This document shows, piece after piece, positions 9,995 to 20,174 of a stretch of 64,000 nt of DNA. The notes under the pieces are model-generated. The model had not been told where the DNA came from. It was given only the letters and a program-made list of their open reading frames with translations, and did no database searches. Source of the DNA: Aquiflexum sp. (lineage in GTDB: Bacteria; Bacteroidota; Bacteroidia; Cytophagales; Cyclobacteriaceae). The stretch spans positions 22 to 64,021 of the forward strand of contig NZ_JBGTCA010000019.1 in the NCBI RefSeq assembly GCF_041749095.1, given 5' to 3'. Position 1 is the stretch's first letter; each line of letters opens with the position of its first letter. The position numbers were made by a program, and so were the translations under genes.

Positions 9995-10127
9995 AATGAA
10001 TAAATAAATATGACTGCCCGAAGTTGTGAAAAAACAGGGAAGGCAAAAAATCCAACACTATAATTAAATGGAAAATAACAATTCCGGATTTTTTTTTGTT
10101 ATTTCAATCCGATTTTTAAATCATAAA

Positions 10128-10610
10128 ATGAATAGAAGGATAGAGTTGAAAGTAAGTTTGGAGGTGATCCAAAAAAAGGACTGGTCTGAGGAAGAGTGCA
10201 TTTTGATTTCCAGGGCAAGTGAAATTTTAGAGATGGCCCATGCCCCATATTCAAATTTTCTGGTAGGAGCAGCATTACTTCTGGAAGATGGTTCTATTTT
10301 TGTAGCGAACAATCAGGAAAATGTTTCTTTTCCGGTTGGGGTCTGTGCAGAAAGGGCCGTTCTTAGTTATGCCTTGGGAAATAATCCTAAAGTAAGGCCT
10401 TTGAAATTGGCAATAGTTGCTAAAAGGAATGGTGAAAAAAAAATGGCAACCGTAACCCCGTGTGGACTTTGCCGGCAGACTATCAATGAATATGAAGTGA
10501 AATTTGGGCAACCAATTGAATTGTTGATGCTCAATCCTGATGGGGATATTTTAAAAGCGTCTGGAATTGACCAGTTATTGCCTTTTAGATTTAACGATTT
10601 GAACAGTTAA
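10128..10610 (+). CDS. cdd: cytidine deaminase
   Basis: CAERAVL and PCGLCRQ zinc motifs. I chose the internal ATG at 10128 (MNRRIELKV...) because the 20-aa track extension is hydrophobic junk. Confidence 0.8.
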   Translation: MNRRIELKVSLEVIQKKDWSEEECILISRASEILEMAHAPYSNFLVGAALLLEDGSIFVANNQENVSFPVGVCAERAVLSYALGNNPKVRPLKLAIVAKRNGEKKMATVTPCGLCRQTINEYEVKFGQPIELLMLNPDGDILKASGIDQLLPFRFNDLNS

Positions 10611-11248
10611 TGAAATATAATTTCAAATATCAGCATACTGCCCAATATAGGACATCCCATGTGATCAATAGGAACGAAAAAGAAATTATTATTGCCCTTC
10701 ACGGCTATGGTCAGTTGTCAGAATTCTTCCTCAAAAAGCTCGAACCAATTTTCAGTGAAGACAAGTTGATTGTTGTACCGGAGGCAACGAATTACGCTTA
10801 TTTGGAAGGTTTTTCCGGCAGAGTTGGAGCCAATTGGATGACCCTCCACGAGAGAGAGTCTGCCATAACCAACAACAATGATTATCTCAATGGACTTCTC
10901 GAAAATATCCTTTTGAAATACAGGATTAGACCAATCGTCAAAGTCATGGGTTTTTCTCAAGGTGCCGCCACTGCTACTCGATGGGTCAGTCAACTTCCTT
11001 TTTCGGTAAATTCCCTTATTCTTTGGAGTGGAGGATTTGCCCATGACCTTAATTTCCAAAAAACCGGAGAAAAACTAAAGAATACAGAAGTTATGATTGT
11101 TTTAGGTGATTCGGACAGCCTCATTACGACGGATTCTATCCAAAAACAGGATGAGTTTCTTTCCATGTTGCCTTTTGAGGTAAAAAAGCTCCGATTTGAA
11201 GGAGGTCATGATTTAAATACACCTTTTCTCCAAAAGATTTTTGGATAA
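10610..11248 (+). CDS. alpha/beta hydrolase (phospholipase/carboxylesterase-like)
   Basis: 212 aa with a GFSQG nucleophile elbow. TAATG overlap with cdd. Confidence 0.6.
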   Translation: MKYNFKYQHTAQYRTSHVINRNEKEIIIALHGYGQLSEFFLKKLEPIFSEDKLIVVPEATNYAYLEGFSGRVGANWMTLHERESAITNNNDYLNGLLENILLKYRIRPIVKVMGFSQGAATATRWVSQLPFSVNSLILWSGGFAHDLNFQKTGEKLKNTEVMIVLGDSDSLITTDSIQKQDEFLSMLPFEVKKLRFEGGHDLNTPFLQKIFG

Positions 11249-11337
11249 TGTAAATTATATAAATGATACCAGAACAAAAAAGTTTGATATGAACTGCGAG
11301 TTATTTAATTTTCTTAAAATTTTATCTGAATTCCACA

Positions 11338-11778
11338 ATGCTTACCCTATCTGAAAAAGAAGTCGAAAAAATAGCAGTGCAGCTGCTGAAGGGGATGATT
11401 TGTTTTTTCCAAATGGACAATAAAAAAATTCACCACTTACCTGATGATGAGGACTATTTCAATTACGATCTTACTCCTGAGGAGGAAGATATTCTGGATG
11501 AAATAGATGATAATCCCGACAATTTCGCAGAATTCACCAAGATGGAACCCAATCAGGAACATCAAATGATGGAGCATTTTGCTGATAGAATTGTAAAGGA
11601 GAGAAATTTCCAGGATGACCTCTTCAATGCTTTAAGCAAGCCGAAAGCAGCAACAGGTTTCAAATTCCTAATAGACAGTTCCGGAAAATATTCCGAAAAA
11701 TGGCAGGAATACCGGATCCAAAAATACAAGGATTGGGTAAAGGAACAGGTTGACAGCTTTAACTATTCCGAAGAATAA
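11338..11778 (+). CDS. acidic hypothetical protein (possibly UPF0158-like)
   Basis: 146-aa ORF, very acidic in the centre. No confident family assignment. Confidence 0.4.
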   Translation: MLTLSEKEVEKIAVQLLKGMICFFQMDNKKIHHLPDDEDYFNYDLTPEEEDILDEIDDNPDNFAEFTKMEPNQEHQMMEHFADRIVKERNFQDDLFNALSKPKAATGFKFLIDSSGKYSEKWQEYRIQKYKDWVKEQVDSFNYSEE

Positions 11779-11820
11779 GTAAAGTCACTTTTAGGTGGCT
11801 GTACTGAGCTCTTTCCAACA

Positions 11821-13128
11821 CTAGTTCGTCTTAATCCATCTCCAGATGGTTTTGTAATTGACCTTGGTACCATGGATCAAAATCCCTATACGGTACACTT
11901 TCCCAGCCACCCATGTACTGAACAAAAATCCCACGATCAATAGCACTATTGACAGGGCCAAGTCCCAGAAAGGCACGCCATAACTCACCCTGCCCATCAT
12001 GGCAATCGGTGAAGTGAACGGAACAATGGACAGCCAAAAAGAGACATTGCTATTGGGATCGTTCAATACAAAAACAAAAAGGCCCATATATCCAATTAGC
12101 AGTGGAATAGTGATGGGAAGCATAAATTGTTGAGCTTCAGAAGGTGTGTCTATGGCGGCACCCACAGCCGCAAAAAAAGCCCCATAAAGCAAGTAACCTC
12201 CCAAGAAGTAAAATATAAAAGTCAACGTCAGCTGAATAAAATCTATTCCCTGAATTGTCTGAATGATATTGTAAATATTTTCATCTCCATTGATCATTTG
12301 ACCCATTTCAGGATTTGAAAGCTCCATTAATTGTTGGTGGGGCAATTGCATTCCGAAATAGCCGATTATTATTGAAGAGATCCCTCCTATCAGTACTACC
12401 CAGATCAGAAACTGGGTGAGACCTACTGCACCGATCCCGATTATTTTACCCATCATTAGCTGAAAGGGCCTGATAGAAGATATAAGGATTTCGATGATCC
12501 GGCTGGATTTTTCCTCGATAACTCCCTGCATGATCTGGTTGCCGTAGATAAAGATGAAAATATAGATTAGAATGCCTGCCATGAAGCCGATGGCATAATT
12601 GACCGTTGCGTCAGATATTTTTTCATCTCCTCTGTTATCCAAAGTAATGGATTGGATGGCCACTTTGGTTCGGTAGGCATTGATGACCTCCGGATCTATC
12701 CCCGATTCAAAAAGCCTTTGTTCCTCTATTCTTTTTTTCAGATTGGATTCAAGAGTGGTTATAAATCCCATACTTGGATTTTTTTCTGCATAATATATGA
12801 TACCGGTTGGTTTGGTAAGATCTAATTTGGGAATATATAAAAAGCCAAATCTTTCTCCGTCCTGCACCATAGTCTTGGCATCTTCCAAGGATGTATTGGA
12901 AAAGGAAAAAGCGTATTGTTCCGAACTCTCAAGAAAAAACAGGTTATTTTCATCCACGACTTCAATAATTCTTAAAGCGGAACTGGATGATTCATCTACA
13001 GCTATCCATAGAAATACCCCCATAATTGCAGGAAAAATCAATGGAGTCAAAATTGTCGCTAAAAGAAAAGACTTCTTCTGTACCCTTGAGAGGTATTCTC
13101 TCTTGATTACCAGCCAGACTTTACCCAT
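11821..13128 (-). CDS. ABC-2 type transporter permease (NatB-like)
   Basis: Multi-TM protein with a large N-terminal extracytoplasmic loop. I chose the ATG at 13128 (MGKVWLVIKREY...), which overlaps the ATPase stop as ATGGGTAA. The track start at 13206 is TTG. Confidence 0.75.
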   Translation of the reverse strand: MGKVWLVIKREYLSRVQKKSFLLATILTPLIFPAIMGVFLWIAVDESSSSALRIIEVVDENNLFFLESSEQYAFSFSNTSLEDAKTMVQDGERFGFLYIPKLDLTKPTGIIYYAEKNPSMGFITTLESNLKKRIEEQRLFESGIDPEVINAYRTKVAIQSITLDNRGDEKISDATVNYAIGFMAGILIYIFIFIYGNQIMQGVIEEKSSRIIEILISSIRPFQLMMGKIIGIGAVGLTQFLIWVVLIGGISSIIIGYFGMQLPHQQLMELSNPEMGQMINGDENIYNIIQTIQGIDFIQLTLTFIFYFLGGYLLYGAFFAAVGAAIDTPSEAQQFMLPITIPLLIGYMGLFVFVLNDPNSNVSFWLSIVPFTSPIAMMGRVSYGVPFWDLALSIVLLIVGFLFSTWVAGKVYRIGILIHGTKVNYKTIWRWIKTN

Positions 13129-14019
13129 TTGAATAATCTTTAACTTGTTGGATAAAAATTTCTTCCATACTTGGTAATATTTCCTGAAAGCTGACCACTT
13201 CCCCAAACTCCATCAATTTGAGAAGCATTTGATTCGGAGAATCTTGCCCTAGCGACAATGTAAACGTGGCCAGTCCATTTTTTAATTGGGCGCCAAACTC
13301 CAATGGAAGATTGCTGCCATCACAATTAAGACTGATTTTATATTTATTGGGTCTAAATTGTTGTTTGATATTTTCCAGACTTCCCTCCAGAATTTTATGT
13401 GACTTGTGAATCATGGCTATTTGATCACACAATAGTTCTACTGATTCCATCCTATGAGTTGACAAAACCAGTGTAATTCCCTTATCCTTCAACTCAAGGA
13501 TTTCATCTTTAATGATTTCAGCATTAATTGGATCAAACCCCGAAAAAGGTTCATCCAAAATTAGGAGTTCGGGTTCATGGATAATGGTAGAAATAAACTG
13601 CACCTTTTGGGCCATTCCTTTGGAAAGGTCATCAATCCTCTTGTCTTTCCAGGAAATTATATCCATTTTTTTAGCCAATAACTCACCTTTTCTTTGGCAA
13701 TTGCAGCTGGCATGCCTTTTAGCCTCGCAAAATAGATCAATTGGTCCCAAACCTTCATTTTTTTGTACAGACCTCTTTCTTCGGGCAAATAGCCGATTCT
13801 GGAGATATGGTTTGGATGCAGTTTTTCTCCATTGAACAAAACCTGCCCTTGGTCTGCTTCTATGATCTGATTGATAATTCGGATAAGGGTGGTTTTTCCT
13901 GCCCCATTGGGACCTAGCAGACCAAAAATCCCACCTTCAGGAATACATAAAGAAACATCACTAAGAGCCTTGTTAGGTCCATAAGATTTGTTCAAATGTT
14001 GGATTTCGAGGATAGCCAA
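13121..14019 (-). pseudogene. ABC transporter ATP-binding protein (NatA-like), frameshifted at an A7 run
   Basis: ORF 13657..14019 carries Walker A (GPNGAGKTT) and the Q-loop. ORF 13121..13750 carries the signature (LSKGMAQK), Walker B (LLILDEPFSGFD) and the H-loop (STHRM) in the -1 frame. The junction is at the plus-strand T7 run 13666..13672. Confidence 0.8.
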
Positions 14020-14063
14020 AGAAAATTCTTTTTGGTAAAAATATTAAATCTTGAAATTGTATC

Positions 14064-14951
14064 CTATCTGAGGGTAACAGAACCAACAGAAACATCAATA
14101 TCGAAAGTCATCAGATTCTTACTGTTTTCTTTATAGGTTCTGCTTACGTAGGTTTTATTACCAATATCCTTAAGATGTTTGGGAATATAAGTCCTGCACA
14201 TAGGTGTTGATTTGATCTTAACAATAAAGGGCTGACTGTCATCCGGTAGTTCAAGGTTAACTTTGCCTGCACCCACCATTGCCTGAATATTACAGGACTC
14301 AGGCATTTTGCCTGAGAATGAAAGATTGAGTGTTCCGTAATTGGCCTCAAATATCATTTCCTTGGCGTTTGTGAGATTGAGATTGAACGCTTCAACATTT
14401 CCCATATTAATGGACACCATGATGGTGTCCATTTTGACCGAATTTGCCGTATTTTTACTATAATCCAACAAAATGTCCGCACTCGTGGACTTAATAATGC
14501 AATTAGAGATTGGCAAATAGGAGAGATCAAGATTGGCTGTTCCAATTCCAAAATAAAAATGGAGATCATATAGAAAATTGGAATTCAGACCAACAGACCA
14601 TTTATGGTCAAAATCGTCATTAGTGCTTGAAAAGAGTTTATAGGAAAGACTTTTTCCCAGATTTTCGGATTCTACATTTCTATGGACCAAATTGGCATAT
14701 AGTACCTCATCCCTGATTTCATGGAAAAATGAAGGCAATATATTTACTTTCGATAAATTTGATTTGATATAAAGAGACTCCTCCCCTTGTTTTCTTTTGA
14801 TCTCAGAAACACCTTTGTAAATGTTGAAATCCAGATAAACAAGATGGTACCCACGCCGCTCTTCAATTTTAAACTCTTTGGTGATCTGGGCCGTAAGCTG
14901 GAAAGAAACCCCAAAAACGAGTCCGATAATTAAGCTAAATCTGTTCAGCAT
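14064..14951 (-). CDS. secreted hypothetical protein with repeated beta-strand (toastrack/DUF4097-like) units
   Basis: Signal peptide, repeated G-x-G/hydrophobic strand units (GIGTANLDL, MGNVEAFNLNL, VGAGKVNLEL, VSVGSVTL). It lies 44 nt upstream of the ABC ATPase. Confidence 0.4.
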   Translation of the reverse strand: MLNRFSLIIGLVFGVSFQLTAQITKEFKIEERRGYHLVYLDFNIYKGVSEIKRKQGEESLYIKSNLSKVNILPSFFHEIRDEVLYANLVHRNVESENLGKSLSYKLFSSTNDDFDHKWSVGLNSNFLYDLHFYFGIGTANLDLSYLPISNCIIKSTSADILLDYSKNTANSVKMDTIMVSINMGNVEAFNLNLTNAKEMIFEANYGTLNLSFSGKMPESCNIQAMVGAGKVNLELPDDSQPFIVKIKSTPMCRTYIPKHLKDIGNKTYVSRTYKENSKNLMTFDIDVSVGSVTLR

Positions 14952-14995
14952 ACGGTAAGGTTACGGCAATCAATTTAAAAGGTTCTTGAAGGTAT

Positions 14996-15021
14996 AAAAA
15001 AAGCCAGATTTTCGTCTGGCT
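14996..15021 (-). terminator. rho-independent terminator after dnaJ
   Basis: On the minus strand, AGCCAGA-cgaaaa-TCTGGCT is followed by T7. Confidence 0.75.
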
Positions 15022-15029
15022 CCAAATTT

Positions 15030-16136
15030 TTAGAAAAATTCTTTCATTTTATCGAAAAAGCTCTTTTCCGATTTACCTGGGTCTGGCTTGAAATTATCAG
15101 AATCTTTGAGGTCTTCAAGAATTTGTTTTTCCTCTTTACTGAGTTGTTTGGGAGTCCAAACATTCACGTGAATGAGCTGGTCACCTCTACTATATCCATT
15201 GATATCTCTTATTCCTTTTCCTTTCAATCTGAGAATCTTCCCACTTTGCGTACCCGGGTCTAGCTTTATCTTGACTTTACCGTCAATAGTAGGCACTTCA
15301 ATCTGAGACCCCAAAGCTGCATCAATGAAACTGACATACAAGTCAAACACAACGTTATTGCCATCCCTTTGAAGAATTTCATCTTCAATCTCCTCAATCA
15401 CTATCAGCAAATCTCCAGGAACTCCACCTGCCGTTTCATTTCCTTTTCCTGACATACTCAATTGCATGCCATCAGCAACACCTGCCGGGATATTGATCGG
15501 AATTACCTCCTCTTTTAATATAAGGCCCCTTGGATCTGCTTCCGCAGGTTTTTTATCTACGATTTGACCATTGCCTCCACAAGTAGGACATGTACTGGCC
15601 GAAACCATTTGACCCAACATGGTATTGACTACTTTTTTGATCTGACCGGAACCGTGGCAGGATGGACAGGATTTGAAAGTAACTCCATCTGCAATAATAT
15701 GTCTCTTTACTTTGATTTTCTTCTCAACACCGTTAGCTATTTCTTTGAGGTTGAGCTTGAGCTTTACGCGAAGGTTTGTTCCTTTTTTGGTTCTTCGACC
15801 ACCTCTGCCTCCTCCAAAAAATGATTCAAATCCGCCGCCTCCGAAAATATCTCCAAACTGGGAAAAGATATCCTCCATATTCATTCCGCCACCACCGTAG
15901 CCGCCATTTCCACCAAGACCCTGATGTCCAAACTGATCATAGCGCTGACGCTTATCCGGATTGCTTAAAACTTCATAGGCTTCCGCAGCTTCTTTGAATT
16001 TTTCTTCTGCTTCAGGATTATCAGGATTTTTATCCGGGTGATATTGAATTGCTAATTTCCTGTAAGCTTTTTTGATTTCCTCAGGGGCAGCACTTTTACT
16101 TACCCCTAATATTTCGTAATAATCTCTCTTTGCCAT
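15030..16136 (-). CDS. dnaJ: molecular chaperone DnaJ
   Basis: J domain with HPD, a G/F-rich region, four CxxCxG zinc-finger motifs, 368 aa. Confidence 0.95.
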   Translation of the reverse strand: MAKRDYYEILGVSKSAAPEEIKKAYRKLAIQYHPDKNPDNPEAEEKFKEAAEAYEVLSNPDKRQRYDQFGHQGLGGNGGYGGGGMNMEDIFSQFGDIFGGGGFESFFGGGRGGRRTKKGTNLRVKLKLNLKEIANGVEKKIKVKRHIIADGVTFKSCPSCHGSGQIKKVVNTMLGQMVSASTCPTCGGNGQIVDKKPAEADPRGLILKEEVIPINIPAGVADGMQLSMSGKGNETAGGVPGDLLIVIEEIEDEILQRDGNNVVFDLYVSFIDAALGSQIEVPTIDGKVKIKLDPGTQSGKILRLKGKGIRDINGYSRGDQLIHVNVWTPKQLSKEEKQILEDLKDSDNFKPDPGKSEKSFFDKMKEFF

Positions 16137-16144
16137 ATCCTTTT

Positions 16145-16720
16145 TTATGCTCCTGTCACAACTTTGGCATACCTGATGACCTTATCACCGAGGGTATATC
16201 CTCTTTCCACTACATCGATAACCTTCCCTTTCATATCCTGTGTTGGGGAAGGAATTTGGGTAATTGCTTCTTGGGTTTCCGGATCAAATGCTTTTCCAAT
16301 AAGATCATCCATAGGTTTCAAGCCCTTATTTTCCAGTATTTTTACAAGTTTATTGAATACCAATTGATTTCCATCTCTTACTTTAACCGGATTATCTTCA
16401 TTTTCACTGGCTTTGCAGGCTCTTTCAAAATCGTCAATGACAGGTACTATCTCGGTCATCAGATCTTGAGAAGCAGTTTTTATTAGATCCAAACGTTCTT
16501 TGGAAGTCCTCCTTCTATAATTTTCAAACTCAGAATAAAGCCTTACATATTTATCTTTCAGTTCTGCCACCTCTTCTTGTAATTTTTCTTCCTGAGATAA
16601 TTCACTTGTTTCAGATTTTGAATCAGAAGTGACGTGCTCTTCATTGGACAATTCATCCTGATTTACTTCCTGTTCTTCGGAAGTGAAATGTTCATCATTG
16701 AATAACTCTTTCTCAGCCAT
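16145..16720 (-). CDS. grpE: nucleotide exchange factor GrpE
   Basis: 191 aa with an acidic N-terminus and the [13 protein letters not shown]-type motif ([13 protein letters not shown]). It lies 8 nt upstream of dnaJ. Confidence 0.9.
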   Translation of the reverse strand: MAEKELFNDEHFTSEEQEVNQDELSNEEHVTSDSKSETSELSQEEKLQEEVAELKDKYVRLYSEFENYRRRTSKERLDLIKTASQDLMTEIVPVIDDFERACKASENEDNPVKVRDGNQLVFNKLVKILENKGLKPMDDLIGKAFDPETQEAITQIPSPTQDMKGKVIDVVERGYTLGDKVIRYAKVVTGA

Positions 16721-16794
16721 TTGTTTTAAAATTTTTTAATCTTTTGTAAATCATCAATTTGTTTGCCATTGCACATTCTCTGACAAACTGACAT

Positions 16795-17790
16795 TTATTG
16801 ACTATGGATAGCCTGCCATAACATGTCTTTCAATTTATCGAGATTATATTGGGATACAGAAGAAATGAAAATAGAAGGGATATCTTTAGGTAGATCTGCC
16901 CCCATTTGATCCATCAGCTCATCGTCCAACATGTCTGATTTTGTGATAGCCAATAGTCTCTTCTTGTCCAAAAGTTCGGGGTTGAATTTCTCCAATTCTC
17001 CGAGTAGGATTCTATATTGCTCAGAAATGCTTTCGGCATCTGCCGGTATCATAAATAACATGATGGAGTTCCTTTCTATATGTCTCAAAAATCTCAAGCC
17101 TAATCCCTTACCTTCCGAAGCTCCTTCTATGATTCCTGGGATATCGGCCATTACGAAGGATTTGTCATCTCTATACCCTATTACTCCGAGATTAGGAACT
17201 AAAGTCGTGAATGGATAATCACCAATCTCCGGTCTTGCCGCGGATATACTTGACAAAAGCGTAGATTTTCCGGCATTCGGAAAACCTACAAGTCCAACAT
17301 CCGCCAATAATTTCAATTCAAGAATAATCCATTCCTCTATCCCCGGTTCGCCAGGTTGTGCAAAGTGTGGCGCTTGATTGGTCGCAGTTTTGAAGTGGTC
17401 GTTGCCCAATCCTCCTCTTCCTCCCGGTGTAAGAATTACCTCTTGCCCATCTTCAGTGACTTCGAACCTGACTTCCAATGATTCAGCATCCTTGGCAACG
17501 GTTCCTAATGGTACTTCCAAAATCACGTCAACCCCCTCCCTTCCTTTTCTTCTACCTCCTTCTCCGCCTTTGCCGTCTTCTCCAATAACATGTTTTTTGT
17601 ATTTAAGGTGTAGAAGTGTCCAAAGCTGGGAGCTTCCTTTCAGAATGATGTGCCCACCTCGCCCACCATCCCCACCGTCAGGACCGCCTTTTGGCACGTG
17701 CTTTTCCCTTCTGAAATGAACAGAACCCGCCCCACCTGCTCCTGATCTTGAGCAAAATTTCACATAATCAATAAAGTTGGAATCAGCCAC
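16795..17790 (-). CDS. obgE: GTPase Obg/CgtA
   Basis: Glycine-rich Obg fold followed by G1 [10 protein letters not shown]3 DIPG and G4 TKSD. I prefer the GTG at 17790 ([12 protein letters not shown]), which matches typical Obg N-termini. The track start at 17811 is TTG and overlaps a terminator tail. Confidence 0.85.
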   Translation of the reverse strand: MADSNFIDYVKFCSRSGAGGAGSVHFRREKHVPKGGPDGGDGGRGGHIILKGSSQLWTLLHLKYKKHVIGEDGKGGEGGRRKGREGVDVILEVPLGTVAKDAESLEVRFEVTEDGQEVILTPGGRGGLGNDHFKTATNQAPHFAQPGEPGIEEWIILELKLLADVGLVGFPNAGKSTLLSSISAARPEIGDYPFTTLVPNLGVIGYRDDKSFVMADIPGIIEGASEGKGLGLRFLRHIERNSIMLFMIPADAESISEQYRILLGELEKFNPELLDKKRLLAITKSDMLDDELMDQMGADLPKDIPSIFISSVSQYNLDKLKDMLWQAIHSQ

Positions 17791-17806
17791 TTTCTTCTTT
17801 TTTTCT

Positions 17807-17836
17807 AACAAAAACGGCTAAGCTCTTAGCTTAGCC
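17807..17836 (-). terminator. hairpin plus T-rich tail after adk
   Basis: On the minus strand, GGCTAAGC-taaga-GCTTAGCC is followed by GTTTTTGTT. Confidence 0.45.
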
Positions 17837-17873
17837 GAACAAATCCAATTACAAAGGTACAAATTATTCTATA

Positions 17874-18446
17874 TCAGAGCTTATCAATTACTTTTTCGAT
17901 GTCCCCAAAAATATCCTCGATTGTACCAACACCATTGATTTTTGTGAATTTGCCCTGCTTTTCATAATATGCTGCAACAGGCAAGGTCTCATCCAAATAG
18001 ACTCTAATTCTGGTTTCTATTTTGGACTCGTCCTGATCATCCGTGCGACCAGAGGTCTTTCCTCTCTCCCTTATCCGTTCTTTCAGCACTTTCTCTTCCA
18101 CCTCCAAAGCAATCATACCTGAAATCTCCAAGTTGTTGTTTTGCATCAGCTTGTCCAAAGCTTCAGCCTGTGCGACAGTTCTTGGAAATCCATCAAAAAT
18201 AAAACCATTTGAATCTTTGTTATGGGTGATTTTGTCTTCAACCATCCTTATCACAACTTCATCAGGAACCAACCTTCCTTCGTCCATATATTTTTTGGCC
18301 AACTTACCAAGCTCTGTACCTTCTCCTAAATGCTTTCTGAACAAATCACCTGTCGAAAGGTGTGTCAGGTGGTATTTATCGATGATTTTTTCACTTTGGG
18401 TTCCTTTACCTGCCCCGGGAGGGCCAAATAACACAATATTGAGCAT
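17874..18446 (-). CDS. adk: adenylate kinase
   Basis: GPPGAGKGTQ P-loop, 190 aa, short-lid type. Confidence 0.95.
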   Translation of the reverse strand: MLNIVLFGPPGAGKGTQSEKIIDKYHLTHLSTGDLFRKHLGEGTELGKLAKKYMDEGRLVPDEVVIRMVEDKITHNKDSNGFIFDGFPRTVAQAEALDKLMQNNNLEISGMIALEVEEKVLKERIRERGKTSGRTDDQDESKIETRIRVYLDETLPVAAYYEKQGKFTKINGVGTIEDIFGDIEKVIDKL

Positions 18447-18476
18447 GATCTATTTCTTTTGTTTTTATAATGAAAA

Positions 18477-19004
18477 CTATTTTAATTGGTATAAAGCAGG
18501 CAAGTTTCTTCCTAATCCATCATAATCCAATCCATACCCCACCACAAACCTATTTGGAATTTCAAACCCAACATAATCAATATTGATGTCATGAACCAGA
18601 GCATCAGGCTTTAATAGTAGGGAAGCTACCGCAATTTTTTTTGGTTTTCTTTCTTTAACAAGTTCCAAAAGAAATTTCATACTCAAACCTGTATCAACAA
18701 TATCCTCAACAATAATTACTGATTTTCCCTCTATATCTAAATCCAGTCCAATTAAACTCTTTACTTCACCGCTAGACTTGGTTCCCATATATGAGGCTAC
18801 CTTAATAAAAGTAACCTCAACAGGAACTTTAATATTTTTGGTCAGATCAGATAAAAACATGAAGGCACCGTTTAATACTCCTATCAGGACTGCAGGGCCC
18901 TCTGAAAAATCGTTTGATATTTCAGAAGCCAGTTCCTCTATTCGCTTTTTCAGCACATGAGCACTTATATAAGGTACAAATTCTTTATCTTTTATCAATA
19001 CCAT
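18477..19004 (-). CDS. hpt: hypoxanthine phosphoribosyltransferase
   Basis: PRPP motif VIIVEDIVDTGLS. I chose the ATG at 19004 (MVLIKDKEF...). The track start at 19016 is TTG, inside the upstream terminator tail. Confidence 0.85.
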   Translation of the reverse strand: MVLIKDKEFVPYISAHVLKKRIEELASEISNDFSEGPAVLIGVLNGAFMFLSDLTKNIKVPVEVTFIKVASYMGTKSSGEVKSLIGLDLDIEGKSVIIVEDIVDTGLSMKFLLELVKERKPKKIAVASLLLKPDALVHDINIDYVGFEIPNRFVVGYGLDYDGLGRNLPALYQLK

Positions 19005-19010
19005 CTTATG

Positions 19011-19037
19011 AAACAAAAATGCCCTTTATTAAAGGGC
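19011..19037 (-). terminator. hairpin plus T-tail after the M42 peptidase gene
   Basis: On the minus strand, GCCCTTT-aat-AAAGGGC is followed by ATTTTTGTTT. Confidence 0.5.
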
Positions 19038-19089
19038 GCTACAAATATAAAAAAAAAAGCTTGGCCATCTTGGATTTGGATATTAATCC

Positions 19090-19998
19090 TTATAAATGTT
19101 TCATCAAATACCTGTACATAGCCAGCATTGATTCCAGATCAAGAAGGGAGACCTTCTCTGATGGGGTATGAACATTATCCTCTGCTGCACCAATAAAACA
19201 CCAATCAATAGCATAAGGTGAGAGTTGTATTTCCCTTCCGTCACTACCACCTGTACCTTCTACTTCTAATTGAAAAGGGATGCCACTGTCCAATGCCAAT
19301 CTTATAATTCTATCCAAATATATTTTTCTGGGGATGAATTTGTCACGCATGGAGATGACTACTCCTTGATGATGCTCAATTCCATCTGTAATCCAGGTAA
19401 TGTCCGAAACTAATGCCTGTTTGATTGGAAAAGTCTCCTCAATAAATTTTAGTAAAAAAGGAACACTTCCTCCTCCATGTTCTTCATAGGTTGAAAAAAC
19501 GACCCAACCATGTTCAAGGGATTCACACATTTTTAGACAATTATAAATACCCAATCTGTTGTCTAAGTATGCAGCCTGAATAAATTCTTTATCAATCCTT
19601 ATGTTTTGTGCATAGGATAATAAAGTTCCCCTTTCAATTGACCTTGGAAAATCGTGAAATAAATCTCCCTCTTTTTCAACAATTTTACACAAAATAGGAC
19701 CTAAACTATCCTTTCCAACGATATATTCATCACTATCCACCTCAGGGCCGCCTATTGGCACAAGTTGATTTTCATACCTGACTGTAAAACCAATAGTATC
19801 TATATGGGCAAATACAGCGGTTCTTGGTTTCCCAAATTTCAGTAATAAGCAATCCTGAAACCTTTCTCCAAAATAAAAATCAGGCTGAACTTTCCACTGA
19901 AATTTCCGTTGTTGGATGTAGTCAATCAAAAATTCTGTCATAGAACGCTCATCTCCTGAGACACTTTGTATATTAAGTAACTTGTTGAGCAGTTCCAT
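19090..19998 (-). CDS. M42-family metallopeptidase
   Basis: The MELLNKLLNIQSVSGDE start, AHIDTIGF, EEHGGG and GAAEDNVHTPSE are consistent with the M42/M20 clan. The track start at 20034 is GTG. Confidence 0.65.
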   Translation of the reverse strand: MELLNKLLNIQSVSGDERSMTEFLIDYIQQRKFQWKVQPDFYFGERFQDCLLLKFGKPRTAVFAHIDTIGFTVRYENQLVPIGGPEVDSDEYIVGKDSLGPILCKIVEKEGDLFHDFPRSIERGTLLSYAQNIRIDKEFIQAAYLDNRLGIYNCLKMCESLEHGWVVFSTYEEHGGGSVPFLLKFIEETFPIKQALVSDITWITDGIEHHQGVVISMRDKFIPRKIYLDRIIRLALDSGIPFQLEVEGTGGSDGREIQLSPYAIDWCFIGAAEDNVHTPSEKVSLLDLESMLAMYRYLMKHL

Positions 19999-20090
19999 TT
20001 TAGTGTAATTTTGCTTGTTTTGGCTTAGTTTCACAAATATGAAAATTTGAAAAGATTTTTGATAAAGTTTAAAGTTTTAAAATATTAATA

Positions 20091-20098
20091 TACATTTG
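20091..20098 (+). promoter_or_regulatory. candidate -7 box TACATTTG upstream of the ompA-family gene
   Basis: Exact TAnnTTTG match. A second copy (TAAATTTG) lies at 20117..20124. The gene starts at 20175. Confidence 0.3.
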
Positions 20099-20174
20099 TG
20101 AATAGTTAAAAGTTTATAAATTTGAAATCAAATCAATTAAACACTCAAAATCTGAACGTAAAAAATTTTTTATT

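Noticed and set aside
10068-10127. N-terminal extensions in the ORF track: cdd 10068, permease 13206, obg 17811, hpt 19016, M42 20034, nqrA 44581, selU 52886, sialidase-like 58142, rsmG 60825, haloperoxidase-like 62184.
   Set aside because: Most begin with TTG or GTG. They translate terminator tails or spacer sequence and precede an ATG (or, for obg, a GTG) that reproduces the canonical family N-terminus or a proper signal peptide. The internal starts were used instead. The alternatives cannot be excluded without experimental data.
17852-17859. A TAnnTTTG match (TACCTTTG, minus strand) between adk and obg.
   Set aside because: It lies upstream of the adk terminator-like hairpin (17816..17836), so a transcript from it would meet the hairpin before obg. 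The evidence is internally inconsistent, so I did not call it.
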